Shown here piece by piece: positions 26,312-37,984 of a stretch of DNA of 64,000 nt. Made by a program: the position numbers and the translations under genes. The stretch comes from Octopus sinensis (taxonomy: Eukaryota), in contig NC_043025.1 in assembly GCF_006345805.1 (NCBI RefSeq), positions 6,448,001 to 6,512,000 of the forward strand, read 5' to 3'. Below the pieces are notes generated by a model. The model searched no databases. It saw only the letters and a program-made list of their open reading frames with translations, and was not told where the DNA came from. The number at the start of each line of letters is the position of its first letter. Position 1 is the stretch's first letter.

Positions 26312-26916
26312 AGGCACAGGAGTGGCTGTGTGGTAAGTAGCTTGTTTACCAACCACATGGTTCTGGGTTCAGTCCCACTGCAAGGCACCTTGGGCAAGTG
26401 TCTTCTACTATAGCTCCGGGCCGACCAATGCCTTGTGAGTGGATTTGGTAGACGGAAACTGAAAGAAGCCTGTCGTATATGTATGTGTATGTGTGTGTGT
26501 GTGTGTTTGTGTGTCTGTGTTTGTCCCCATCACTTAGCAGTTCGGCAAAGGAGACCAATAGAATTAGTACTGGGCTTACAAAAGAATAAGTCCCGAGGTC
26601 GATTTGCTCGACTAAAGGCAGTGCTGCAGCATGGCCGCAGTCAAATGACTGAAACAAGTAAAAGAGAGTAAAAGAGTAAAAGGATTTTAGAATTATAGAT
26701 GTGTGTTTGTGTGTCTGTGTTTGTCACCCTAGCATTGCTTAACAACCGATGCTGGTGTGTTTATGTCCCCGTCACTTAGCGGTTCGGCAAAAGAGACCGA
26801 TAGAATAAGTACTGGGCTTACAAAGAATAAGTCCTGGGGTCGATTTGTTCGACTGAAGGCGGTGCTCCAGCATGGCCGCAGTCAAATGACTGAAACAAGT
26901 AAAAGAGTAAAAGAGT
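26312..26916 (+). mobile_element. SINE group A with duplicated body/tail
   Basis: One head followed by two tail halves. Confidence 0.85.
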
Positions 26917-27273
26917 AGGAATTCTCTGTTATGACAATGAGAAACTTAAAAATTCTACGTCATGACAATTAGTTATCTAAGCTATATTTCAGTTTGCTTG
27001 TCATACATGAAGAATTACCTCGGATGTTTGTTCTATTCGCATTTATTGATATCTGATTGTGTTGATGTATAGTTAACCAAATTCTTTTAACACTGAGTGT
27101 TTCTTTATTGATATCTCCTTGGACGGTTCAACCGGGGTCTAGGAAGCCAGGAGGCTTCAGATGCTCAGGAAAGGAAGGAAAGAGGATTTAACGTTTTGAG
27201 CCTTGCTCTTCAGAAATAGAGGAGAGTCCAAATGAAGGGAGAGGGAGGAAGAAAATCAATCAATCAATAAATA

Positions 27274-27313
<40 letters not shown>

Positions 27314-27470
27314 TTTATTTAAAGCAGCAGAAAACTGTCTGATGAATGGCAACGGGAAACTCAGCGTAACAGGTTGTTGAATTTTCTGCTGCTTTTAAAT
27401 AAAGCATATTACTCTACCACTGGTATTTGAGTACTCTTTTTCCACCTGTTTCACATTTAGTGTTTACCCG
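27314..27470 (+). mobile_element. Internally deleted palindromic PLE-like element with hammerhead-like motif (27335-27372)
   Basis: IR TTTATTTAAAGCAGCAGAAAA / TTTTCTGCTGCTTTTAAATAAA enclosing CTGT-CTGATGA-atggcaacgg-GAAA-ctcagcg-TA-ACAG. Confidence 0.6.
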
Positions 27471-27690
27471 GTTATATATATAATATATATATATATATAT
27501 ACATATATATATAGAAACACTGCCAGATCAGACTGGGCCTGGTGCAGCCTCCTGGCTTCCCAGACCCCAGTTGAACCGTCCAACCCATGCTAGCATGGAA
27601 AGCGGACGCTAAATGACGATGATGATGAATTGCATACATATATACATTCACATATGCATACACATACATGCACATATAAACAGACATATG

Positions 27691-27741
<51 letters not shown>

Positions 27742-28045
27742 CCACACACATACAAACATGTATATGCATACACATATTCATACATACATATTTATGCACA
27801 CATACACATTTACATATGTACATACATATGTGGGTGGGTTAAGGTAGTGTTTGAGGGTCCTTTAAGTGTTGGCTTTCTTGGGGAAATGACAGCCTGTCTA
27901 GTGCTAGCACCCTGAAGAAAAAACTGCACCCATTACATTCTGTAAAAGGGTTGGCTTAAGGAAGAGCATCCAGCCATAGATATCAGGCCCAGCACATAAC
28001 ATAACAACCTATTCTTTCTTTGTATGTATTGTATGTATGTATGTA

Positions 28046-28076
<31 letters not shown>

Positions 28077-28081
28077 GTATA

Positions 28082-29333
28082 TATTGGGTCAACTCTTAAA
28101 TAATGTGGATTTTTTTATACTTTTATTTTTCAAAATTAAGGTAAACAAAGTTATTTTTTAATCCAAAATATACTTTTCTTTATAATAATATAATAATGAA
28201 ATTATTGTATACAGTGCTCAGGTGCACCACAACTTGTCAGAATATATGCAGTAATGTACAAATGTCTGGAAAGCGAACAGTGTATGAGTCAGTCTGGATA
28301 CATGCTTTGTTGTGTATATGGAGGGAGGGGAGAAAAATCAGGTGTAGTGTTGGCGAATCTCAGAAAGCATGGAAGTTTTGAAGGATCAGTGCTCCGACAA
28401 CTAACAACTGATGCCGGCAGTTTGTTCCATGCTTCAGCAACTCTCAGCATGAAAAAATGTTTCCAAAAGTCATGGGAGCTGTGCTGTTTTCTGACTTTGT
28501 AAATATGTCATTTTCTACAATGTTCTACCATCTATCTGGTAGACTTGCAAGGGCCCTCTTCCAAAAGTCACTTGTCTGTGATGAAAAATACTCCTCCAGT
28601 ACTGTTCTGACCTCATCTACAGAATTCATATTTTTTTCTGTCCAAATGATTTTGAAGATTGTGGAATAAATGATAATCAGATGGGGCAATGTCTGGCAAA
28701 TATGGTAGGTGGGGCATCGTTTCCTATTCAAACTGCTCCAGCCTTTGGAATGTCATCTTCACTGCATGTGGCAGAGCATCATCCTGATGGAAGAACACCT
28801 TTCCTCTTGAAACCTAAGATGGTTGTTTTCCTTCTAGCGCTGACTGAAATGACTGGTTGAATGACCAAATCCAAGCTTCTCTGCTTGTTCCTCAACAGTT
28901 ACAATGGGATTTTGTTCTACTAGGGTTTGCAGGAGTCCCTGTCGTACTCTACAAATCTTCCATGATGAGGCTTGTCTTCTAGGCTGTAGTTTCCAGCTCA
29001 GAATTTCAGGAACCACTGTTGACACAGGCTTATGCTTATTGTCCGATCCCCATATACTGCATTAATATTCCTCACACTTTTCATTTCGCTGTAGCCTTTA
29101 TTGAACTCATAAAGCAAAATATGCTGAATATGCTCCTTTGTCACTTCTTTTGTAGCTTTGAAAAAATAACTGTTAAAATCGAACTGCACTCTTCAAAACT
29201 TGCACTAAGAATAAGTCCAAGGTTCAATACCTGCCTTTTATAGTAAGTTGATGCAGGTAGTTTTTCCCCTCACCCTCTGACTTTTAGGTCATGCAATTAA
29301 AAAAAAACACATTATTTATGGGATGACCCAATA
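28082..29333 (-). mobile_element. Decayed mariner element with both TIRs, interrupted by a LINE fragment
   Basis: TA-TTGGGTCA..TAAATAATG TIRs at both ends; minus frames give EVTKEHIQHILLYEFNKG (N-terminal HTH), LAEKLGFGHST-like and SDFWKRALASLPDRW (C-terminus). Confidence 0.9.
28182..28509 (-). mobile_element. CR1-like LINE 3' end nested in the mariner
   Basis: Reverse complement of the 25034/26119 LINE end including the (ATT)-like tail. Confidence 0.9.
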
Positions 29334-29572
29334 TATGCATAATGCTATGGTGGTTTAGAAGTTAACTTTGTAATCCTGAGGTTTCAGGTTCAGTCCCACT
29401 TTGCAGCACCTTGGGCGAGTGTCTTCCATTGCAGCCTCAAAATTTAGAAGGTTCAGACCTTGAGAGGCTGTTTGATGTTAAAACAAGAATTTCTAGCTGG
29501 GCTTTTGTTAATACAGGGAGCGGCAGAAATACCTCCCACATTTGAAAGGTTGACAAAAGGAAAAAGAAACAA

Positions 29573-29806
29573 CTCTTTTACTTGTTTCAGTCATTTGACT
29601 GTGGCCATGCTGGAGCACCTCCTTTAGTCAAACAAATCAACCCCAGGACTTATTCTTTGTAAGCCTAGTAATTATTCTATTGGTCTCTTTTGCTGAACCA
29701 CTAAGTTACGGGGACATAAACACATCAGAATCGGTTGTCAAGCAATGCTAGGGGGGACAAACGCAGACACAAACATATACATACACACATACATATATAT
29801 ATATAT

Positions 29807-29838
<32 letters not shown>

Positions 29839-30027
29839 AAAGATATATATATATACATATATACAATGGGCTTCTTTCAGTTTCCATCTACCAAATCCAC
29901 TCACAAGGCTTTGGTCGGCCCAGGGCTATAGTAGAAGACACTTGCCCAAGGTACCACGCAGTGGGACTGAACCCGGAACCATGTGGTTGGTAAGCAAGCT
30001 ACTTACCACACAGCCACTCCTGCGCCT
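29573..30027 (-). mobile_element. SINE group A
   Basis: Full reverse-complement copy. Confidence 0.9.
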
Positions 30028-30275
30028 ATAGATATAGATATAAATGCTACACTTGTTTTCTACATTGATCCAGAGTAGCCATTTTAATATTTGCCCCTCA
30101 CACTCTAATTTTGGTCAGTCTAATATCAGCTCCCCCCTCTTAAATTTCAATCATTTTAATACCGGCCTCCTCCTCCTCCTCCTAAATTTTGGTCAGTTTA
30201 GTAGCAACTCTCTACTCCTAAATTTTAGCCATTTTAAAATAAGCACCCCTCCCCACCAGTTTTTGGTCTGTTTAA

Positions 30276-30604
30276 CCCCTTACCCAACAATTATTTTGAA
30301 AATAAATGTATTTTTTCAGACATATTTTATAATTGTTTTATTTTACTATGTTTTGAATGGTGATTTCGAGGTATATTTCAAACCTTATTTATTATGAATT
30401 TTAATTCAATAATATTGATTTTAAATTACCGCTTTGGGCAGAAACGAGTTATACTCGTATATGTCAAAAAAGAGTTTATAATAGACGAAGGAACTCGTTT
30501 GCTGTCGATTTTGGCAAGTCTATCTTTTGACGAGTTAACTCGCCAGAGATAGAAAAAAACGATTTCGGTCAAAACGCATATATTCGTTTCTGCCGGGTAA
30601 GGGG
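30276..30604. mobile_element. piggyBac-type MITE
   Basis: TTAA at 30272-30275 and 30605-30608; TIR CCCCTTACCC / GGGTAAGGGG. Confidence 0.85.
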
Positions 30605-30900
30605 TTAATATCAGCTCTCCTCACCCCAAACTGCCCCTCTACTTTTGGTTAGTTTAATATCAGCCAACACCAACCGCTCTCCTTTATTGGTCAGTTTAAT
30701 ATCAACCCCACACCCCATTCCACCCCAACTGCCCCCTACTTTTTGCTATTTCAGTATCAGCCCCTACATAACTGACCCTAATTTTTGGCCAGTTTAATAT
30801 CAGATTGCCCCTACTTCTGGTCACCACCACTACAACCCGTCTTCATCACAACTACCACCACTAAACAAATCTCTACCACCACCACCACCAGTTCCACAAC

Positions 30901-31528
30901 CTATTTTTTTACTACCCACAAGGGGCTAAACGCAGAGGAGACAAACAAGGACAGACAGACGGATTAAGTCGATTATATCGACCCCAGTGTGTAACTGTTA
31001 CTTAATTGTTGTTTGTTTGGTTGGGAGCTGACTCTTCTCCATCAGGTGATACCCATCTGTTAAGATTAAGGGCATCACCGTCAATGGATGCCCTTGGAGG
31101 TGCAACGTGATCAGAGACAGGACCTGGCAAAGCAGGGGCTGGACCTATATCCACAGGTATACCATTAGGTCTGGTTAATTGTAAATTCCATAATATTTTC
31201 AAATGGCTAATAATGAATGATGTTACTTAATTTATCGACCCCGAAAGGATGAAAGGCAAAGTCGACCTCAGCGGAATTTGAACTCAGAACGTAAGACACA
31301 CGAAATACCTATTTCTTTCCTACCCACAAGGGGCCAAACACAGAGAGGACAAACAAGGACAGACAAACGGATTAAGTTGATTAAATTGACCCCAGTATGT
31401 AACTGGTACTTAATTTATCGACCCCGAAAGGATGAAAGGCAAAGTTGACCTCGGCGGAATTTGAACTCAGAACGAAATACCACTAAGCATTTTGCCTGGC
31501 GTGCTAACGATTCTGCCAGCTTGCCGCC
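30901..31528 (-). mobile_element. SINE group M dimer interrupted by a 213-bp insertion
   Basis: Two body units joined at GAAATACCTATTTC; the first is split at TGTTACTTAATT. Confidence 0.85.
31008..31220 (-). pseudogene. Inserted coding-like fragment of unknown origin (71 open codons)
   Basis: 12-bp direct repeat TGTTACTTAATT at 30996-31007 and 31221-31232; minus frame SFIISHLKILWNLQLTRPNGIPVDIGPAPALPGPVSDHVAPPRASIDGDALNLNRWVSPDGEESAPNQTNN with no stop. Confidence 0.6.
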
Positions 31529-32010
31529 AGCTCCACAACCATCACGAACCTACCTTCGCCACTACCACAACCATCGCCACCACCACAACGGTCACCACCA
31601 GCACCATGGCCATTAACCTGATTCCATCAATGCCGTCGTCACCCCCCCCCCATTAATTACCAGTTTTACACTAAAATGTTTAGCAAAATCGTTGACCCAC
31701 TGGATTGATAGAGAGACAGCAACATAGACATCAGGTGTAAACTATAATGGTGATGCTCCAGCCTGGCCTTAATGGGATAGTAAAAGATGGTCAGAACGTG
31801 TGTGAGATAAAACCTACATTTATTTATGAGGACACACACGTATATACAAAAACACCTTTACACACACACACACACACATATACACACATACACACGTATA
31901 TACACACATACATATATATACATATATATATATACATATACACACACACACACATATACCTATATACATATGTCCAGACTTAGTTTTATATACACAGATA
32001 TGTGTATATA

Positions 32011-32050
<40 letters not shown>

Positions 32051-32636
32051 CACACAAACATATATACCTATATACATATGTCCACACTTTTATATATATA
32101 GTCACACATCCATACTTAGACATATATACATACATAAACATCCCCTTATATACACACACACATATATAAACATGTATGTATACATAAACATCTCATTATA
32201 CACACACACATATATACATTCCCAAACCTGCATACATACATACATACATACATACATACACATACATGCACATGTATGTATATGCATGCTCACACATGCA
32301 CAGATGTACACACACCTTCAGACACACATACACATACTTACATCAAAGATAAGCAAGAGTTCACCTCACATAATAGACAATGTCAGCTTTGTTTATCATC
32401 CTCTCTACAACGGGTGAACTGCCAGCCGCAGGAGAAAATAAAACAAAAAGTACACACACCACACACACACACACATTGTACAAGTGAGTTTTTCTACAGT
32501 GGGTATCTTAGATTAATTTTCACCTCTACTTTCAAAACTGGAGAAGTATTGTGAAAGAGAGAGACAGAGAGAAGCGGACTGATAGGATGTGCACATTCAG
32601 CATTATTATTATTATTATTATTTATTATTATTATTT

Positions 32637-33245
32637 AAGGCGGTGAGCTGGCAGAATCGTTAGCATGTCGAGCGAAATGCTTAGCGGTATTTCGGCTGCC
32701 GTTACGTTGTGAGTTCAAATTCCGCCGAGGTCGACTTTGCCTTTCATCCTTTCGGGGTCGATAAATTAAGTACCAGTTAAGCACTAGGGTCGATATAATC
32801 GACTTAATACCTATGTCTGTCCATGTTTGTCCCATCTATGTTTAGCCCCTTGTGGGTAATAAAGAAATAGGTATTTTGTCTGTCTTTATGTTCTGAGTTC
32901 AAATTCTGCCAAGGTCAACTTTACCTTTCATCGTTTTGGTGGGGTCGATAAATTAAGTACCAGTTACACACTGGGGTCGATGTAATCGACATAATCCCTT
33001 CCCCCAAATTTGAGACCTTTTGCTTCCAGTAGAAGGTTTTTTATTATTATTATATTATATTATTATTATTATTAAGGTGGTGAGCTGGCAGACTCGTTAG
33101 CACGCCGAGCGAAATGCTTAGCAGTATTTCACCCATCACTACATTCTGAGTTCAAATTCCTCCAAGGTCAACTTTGCCTTTCATCCTTTAAGGGTAAATA
33201 AAGTACCAGTTGTGTAATAGGGTTGATGTGATCGATTGTCCCCCT
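32637..33245 (+). mobile_element. SINE group M concatemer plus a second headed copy
   Basis: Head at 32637, junction AAAGAAATAGGTATTT at ~32860, new head at ~33073. Confidence 0.85.
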
Positions 33246-33389
33246 CTCCACAAAATATCTTTTCACTAGCCCGCTTTCAATTGCATGTATTTATGGAGTT
33301 TTTCTCGGTAGCTTTGTAATGTTTAGACATTCGTTCAGCATGGAGGAGAAAGGTCATGTTTTGACTTTTACCTTTAATATAATTATATA

Positions 33390-33935
33390 CTAGCACTATG
33401 TCCCAGCGTTGCCGGGTCATAGTGCTAGTGTATGCATATACAGCTGCGTGCGTGCGTGCGTGCGCACATACACGCGAGTACTGTCCAAATCTCCGACCAA
33501 TCACATACAACTAGCTGGCATTCAATTGGCGTATCAAGTTTTGGGCATTTTGATTGGGTTTTGGATAGAAAATTCACAAAAAAAAGTCACTCTCTATTGA
33601 TTTTTTAATGGCTTTGCGGGGTGACTGGGGAAATGTAAAGATGTGCACGACCACCCTTGGCGCGGTTTGAATGACCATAGAAAGTGTGAGCCCTCTAACT
33701 GAAAAATTATGGATTTGTATAAAGGATACACACACACAGACAGACATTTTGCCATTTATATATATATTTAATGGCTTTGCTGGGTGACTGGGGAAATGTA
33801 AAGATGTGCACGACCACCCTTGGACGGTTTTGAATGACCATAGAAAGTGTGAGCCCTCTAACTGAAAAATTGTGAATTTGTATAAAGGACACACACACAC
33901 ACACACAGACATTTTGCTGTTTATATATATATATA
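33390..33935 (-). mobile_element. Non-autonomous Helitron with 41-bp terminal hairpin and internal tandem duplication
   Basis: ACTAGCACTATG...CATAGTGCTAGT (33389-33429); 5' region has ACAGAC microsatellite and TTTATATA as in the other Helitrons. Confidence 0.7.
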
Positions 33936-34033
33936 TATATTAATATATAAATTGCTTATAAATTTTTATTCTATACTAACTACCTGATAATAATCACTAA
34001 TGTGATTTTAACCTAATTTTATGTATTTATGTA

Positions 34034-34210
34034 TATATATTTAAAATGGGGAAGGCTGGTTTACGGGATTACCTTAGGTTTCCCATCCATAAAGAGTTTA
34101 GCTTTATGGCAAACTGTCAGATCCCAAAAACCTGTTGGCCCATGACCTCATAAGAGGATGGGAAACCTAAGGTAATCCTATAAACCAGCTTTCCCCATTT
34201 TCAATATATA
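34034..34210. mobile_element. Long-TIR MITE in TA context
   Basis: AAAATGGGGAAGGCTGGTTTACGGGATTACCTTAGGTTTCCCATCC is inverted at 34156-34201. Confidence 0.85.
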
Positions 34211-34335
34211 CTGCTCTACATCTAAGAGTGTCCTTCTTCTTTCAGATTTATAAGACTCAAGGCTTATCAATGGGAAACCCAAAAAGTCTTAACGAAACAG
34301 CTGTAGCAACACTCGGATATCCAGTTGTTTTATTT

Positions 34336-34373
<38 letters not shown>

Positions 34374-35051
34374 GTATGTTTATCTATTACATACATGTAT
34401 ACATATTATATTTTGAGTGTTACATATATAAATATGTATGTGTGTGTGTATATATGTGTGTGTGTGTGTGTGTGTTTCCTCAGTTATTTATTTCTCTGTT
34501 GTCCTTGAATTCGCATGTTCAACTGTATCGGTGAGAGAACCTGAGAATAATAATTATAACAACAACAATAATAACAATAATAACAACAACAATAACAATA
34601 ATAATAACAGCAACACGCCATGAGATATGGCTGTAGCAGCAGCACCTTACCAAATGAATGATTGGCTTGTTTACTTGGCACTCTCTCTCTCTCTCACACA
34701 CCACACACACACACACACACACAACACACACACTCTATCATATATGCACACACAGTCACGTATGTGTGTCTTGTGTTCTTGTATGTTTGTTGAGGGTGGC
34801 AAGGCAGGATCGGTCCTTAACCCATGACTACCATTACCGCTGCTACTAATGCCTCCACTACCAATGCCATCATCATCATCATCATCATCATTGTCATCAT
34901 CTTTGTCATCACCACCATCGTTATTATTGTCATGTGAGTGGATTCGGTAGATGGAAACTGAAAGAATCCCATGCTACGTGTATGTGTGTTAGTCTCCTTC
35001 ACATCATGGAATAGTAGTTTGCAAGTGAGCGTATCATACAGACAGTGTGAT

Positions 35052-35472
35052 AGGCGCAGGAGTGGCTGTGTGGTAAGTAGCTTGCCTAACAACCACATGG
35101 TTCTGGGTTCAGTCCCACTGCGTGGCATCTTGGGCAAGTGTCTTCTGCTATAGCCTCGGGCCGACCAAAGCTTTGTGAGTGGATTTGGTAGACGGAAACT
35201 GATAGAAGCCTGTCGTATATATGTATATATATATGTATGTGTGTGTATATGTTTGTGTGTCAGTGTTTGTCCCTCTAGCATTGCTTGACAACCGATGCTG
35301 GTGTGTTTACGTCCCTGTCACTTAGCGGTTCGGCAAAAGAGACCGATAGAATAAGTACTGGGCTTACAAAAGAATAAGTCCCGGGGTCGAGTTGCTCGAT
35401 TAAAAAAGGCGGTGCTCCAGCATGGCCGCAGTCAAATGACTGAAACAACTAAAAGAGTAAAAGAGTAAGAGT
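35052..35472 (+). mobile_element. SINE group A
   Basis: Full copy. Confidence 0.9.
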
Positions 35473-35666
35473 TTCTGTTTTCAATTTTCTTGGGGGGAAA
35501 CAGGATCGGCCGTGGGGAAATATTTACCTTACTTGGAAATCATTGAGGGTAGGTGCCAGGAAGAGCGTCCAGCTGTAAGGGATCCACCTCAAACAAGTTC
35601 CATCTGGCCCATACAAGATTAGAAAATTGGATGTTGAAAATGGTTGTGTGGTAAGAAGCTTGCTCC

Positions 35667-35970
35667 TCAACCACATGGTTCTGGGTTCAGTCCCACGGCA
35701 GGGCACCTTGGGCAAGTGTCTTCCACTATAGCTTCAAACCAACCAAGCATTTTGAGTGGATTTATTAGATGGAAACTGAAAGAAGCCTGGCATAAATAAA
35801 AGAATATATATATATATATATAGATATATTATATTCTTTTTCATTTATGCCAGGCTTCTTTCAGTTTCCATCTAATAAATCCACTCAAAATGCTTGCTTG
35901 GTTTGAGGCTATAATGGAAGACACTTGCCCAAGGTGCCCTGCCGCGGGACTGAACCTGGAACCATGTAGT

Positions 35971-35973
<3 letters not shown>
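35667..35973. repeat. Local inverted duplication of a diverged SINE head (arms ~35667-35810 and 35830-35973)
   Basis: Both arms share private changes (AAGCATTTTGAGTGGATTTATTAGATGG; GCCTGGCATAAAT); (TA)n spacer. Confidence 0.9.
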
Positions 35974-36012
<39 letters not shown>

Positions 36013-36016
<4 letters not shown>

Positions 36017-36097
36017 GAAATGAAGAAAATGCTGACAAAATAATTTAACTCTTTCCCTTACTTAAATTATTTTGTCAGCATTTTCTTCATTTCCTTT
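36013..36097. repeat. Perfect 36-bp inverted repeat with 13-nt spacer
   Basis: AAAGGAAATGAAGAAAATGCTGACAAAATAATTTAA and its reverse complement at 36062-36097. Confidence 0.95.
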
Positions 36098-36365
36098 TTT
36101 TATATATCACAACTCGTGTTCCACATCTCCTTTTTTAAATAAATATATATATATATAGAGAGAGAGGGGGGGTTATGGTGTCAGGTAATGCTAAGTAAAT
36201 GCTATTGGCAGACCATAGTTAAGCTCCAGGTTAGGTGATTATGCGAATAAGGAGTCCAACGTAGGTCATATATCAGTATGTGTGCATATAAAAAAAATTT
36301 TTTTTTTTCAGAATGAGATAAAAAAATCAAGGCTGTGAAGATTTCAGAACATTTATAAATAGGGG

Positions 36366-36413
36366 GTCTTACAGCTGTTTCCAGGATATTTTTTATATCC
36401 CTTCATCGGAGAT
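36366..36413 (-). ncRNA. Type I hammerhead-like motif, CCGATGA variant
   Basis: Minus strand atct-CCGATGA-a-GGGATAT-aaaaa-ATATCCT-g-GAAA-CAGCTG-TA-AGAC; same family as 20485-20523. Confidence 0.55.
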
Positions 36414-36619
36414 GGTGTGAGAAAATGGTTAAGCAATAGTTAATTTAGATAAGATATGAAATAGGGAGTGAAGTGGAGAATAAGTCCCGGGGTCGAGTTA
36501 CTCGACTAAAGGCGGTGCTCCAGCATGGCCGCAGTCAAATGACTGAAACAAGTAAAAGAGTAAAGAGTATATAGGTATTTATGTATATCTATATATATAT
36601 ATATATATAAGTATTCAAA

Positions 36620-37057
36620 TGTGTGTGTATTTTATTTATTTTATATTTACATTTATTTATAACTTAACATTATGTACTTTATAATCTCTGACGAAGCCTA
36701 GAGATACACCCAAGTACCTCATTTTCATCTACCCATTACTTCACTCCACTTGAGTAATAAAGATAGAATGAGGTATTTTTACCTCTTGGCCGAAAGAGAG
36801 TAAAGAGTATGTGCAGATTTGTATGTTTTGTTTTATGTATATCTTCTCATGCATATAGTTGCATATCTAGACATGCTCATATATACTTAAATGCTAAACT
36901 TCTGGAAAGTTTTACAGATTTTTACAGTTCCAGTGATGGCCTGGATCTGTAGTCTTTGAATCAGCTTTCTCCTTTCTGGTTTTGGGAAGCCTAATTTCTC
37001 CAGATTGGTATTTGTATTTAGGCAGTGTGTTACATATCCCAGGGCCCCAATAATTAC
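36620..37057 (-). mobile_element. 3' end of an REL-endonuclease non-LTR retrotransposon (R4/NeSL-like)
   Basis: 37057-36887 translates VIIGALGYVTHCLNTNTNLEKLGFPKPERRKLIQRLQIQAITGTVKICKTFQKFSI*; IGALG plus the LQ..A..GT..I motif are typical of REL-type ORF ends. Confidence 0.7.
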
Positions 37058-37079
37058 AGTATGTATGTATGTATGTATA

Positions 37080-37298
37080 CTCTTTTACTCTATTCAGTCA
37101 TTTGACTGTGGCCATGCTGGAGCATCGCCTTTAGTCTAGCAAATCGACCTCAGGACTTATTGTTTGTAAGCCTAGTACTTATTCTATTGGTCTCTTTTGC
37201 CGAACCCGAACTGCTAAGTTACAGGGACGCAAACACATCACCATCAGTTGTCAAGCGATGTTGAGGGAACAAACACAAGCACACAAACATATACACAC

Positions 37299-37390
<92 letters not shown>

Positions 37391-37552
37391 TACGACGGGC
37401 TTCTTTCAGTTTCCGTCTACCAAATCCACTCACAAGGCATTGGTTGGACCGAGGCTATAGTAGAAGGCACTTGCCCAAGGTGCCACGCAGTGAGACTGAA
37501 CCCGGAACCATGTGGTTGGTAAGCTATTTACCACGCAGCCACTCCTATGCCC
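37080..37552 (-). mobile_element. SINE group A
   Basis: Full reverse-complement copy. Confidence 0.85.
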
Positions 37553-37984
37553 ATGTATGTATTTTTGTCTGTGTTTGTCCCCCACCCTTGCTTGACAACC
37601 AGTGTTGGTGTGTTCATGTGATACCAATAGAATAAATACTAGGCTTACAAAGACTAAGTCCTGGGGTCGATTTCTTCATTCAAAAAACCATTCAAGGCCG
37701 CAGTCAAAATCTTTGAAACAAATAAAATATATATAGTGTAGCCAATGCCAGTGCCGCCTGACTGACTCCCGTGCCAGTAGTATATAAAAAGCACCCACAA
37801 CACTCTCAGAGTGGTTGGCATTAGGAAGGGCATCCAGCTGTAGAAACCTTGCCAGATCAGACTGGAACCTGGTGCAGCGTCCCGGCTTGCCAGTCCTCAG
37901 TCAAACCATCCAACCCATGCCAGCATGGAAAGCAGACGTTAAATGATAACGACGATGATATATAATGTTTGTGTGCATATATAT

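Noticed and set aside
27183-27215. Additional hammerhead on the minus strand
   Set aside because: A deletion overlaps the core and stem II and GAAA is mutated to AAAA; treated as a dead relative of 51476-51510.
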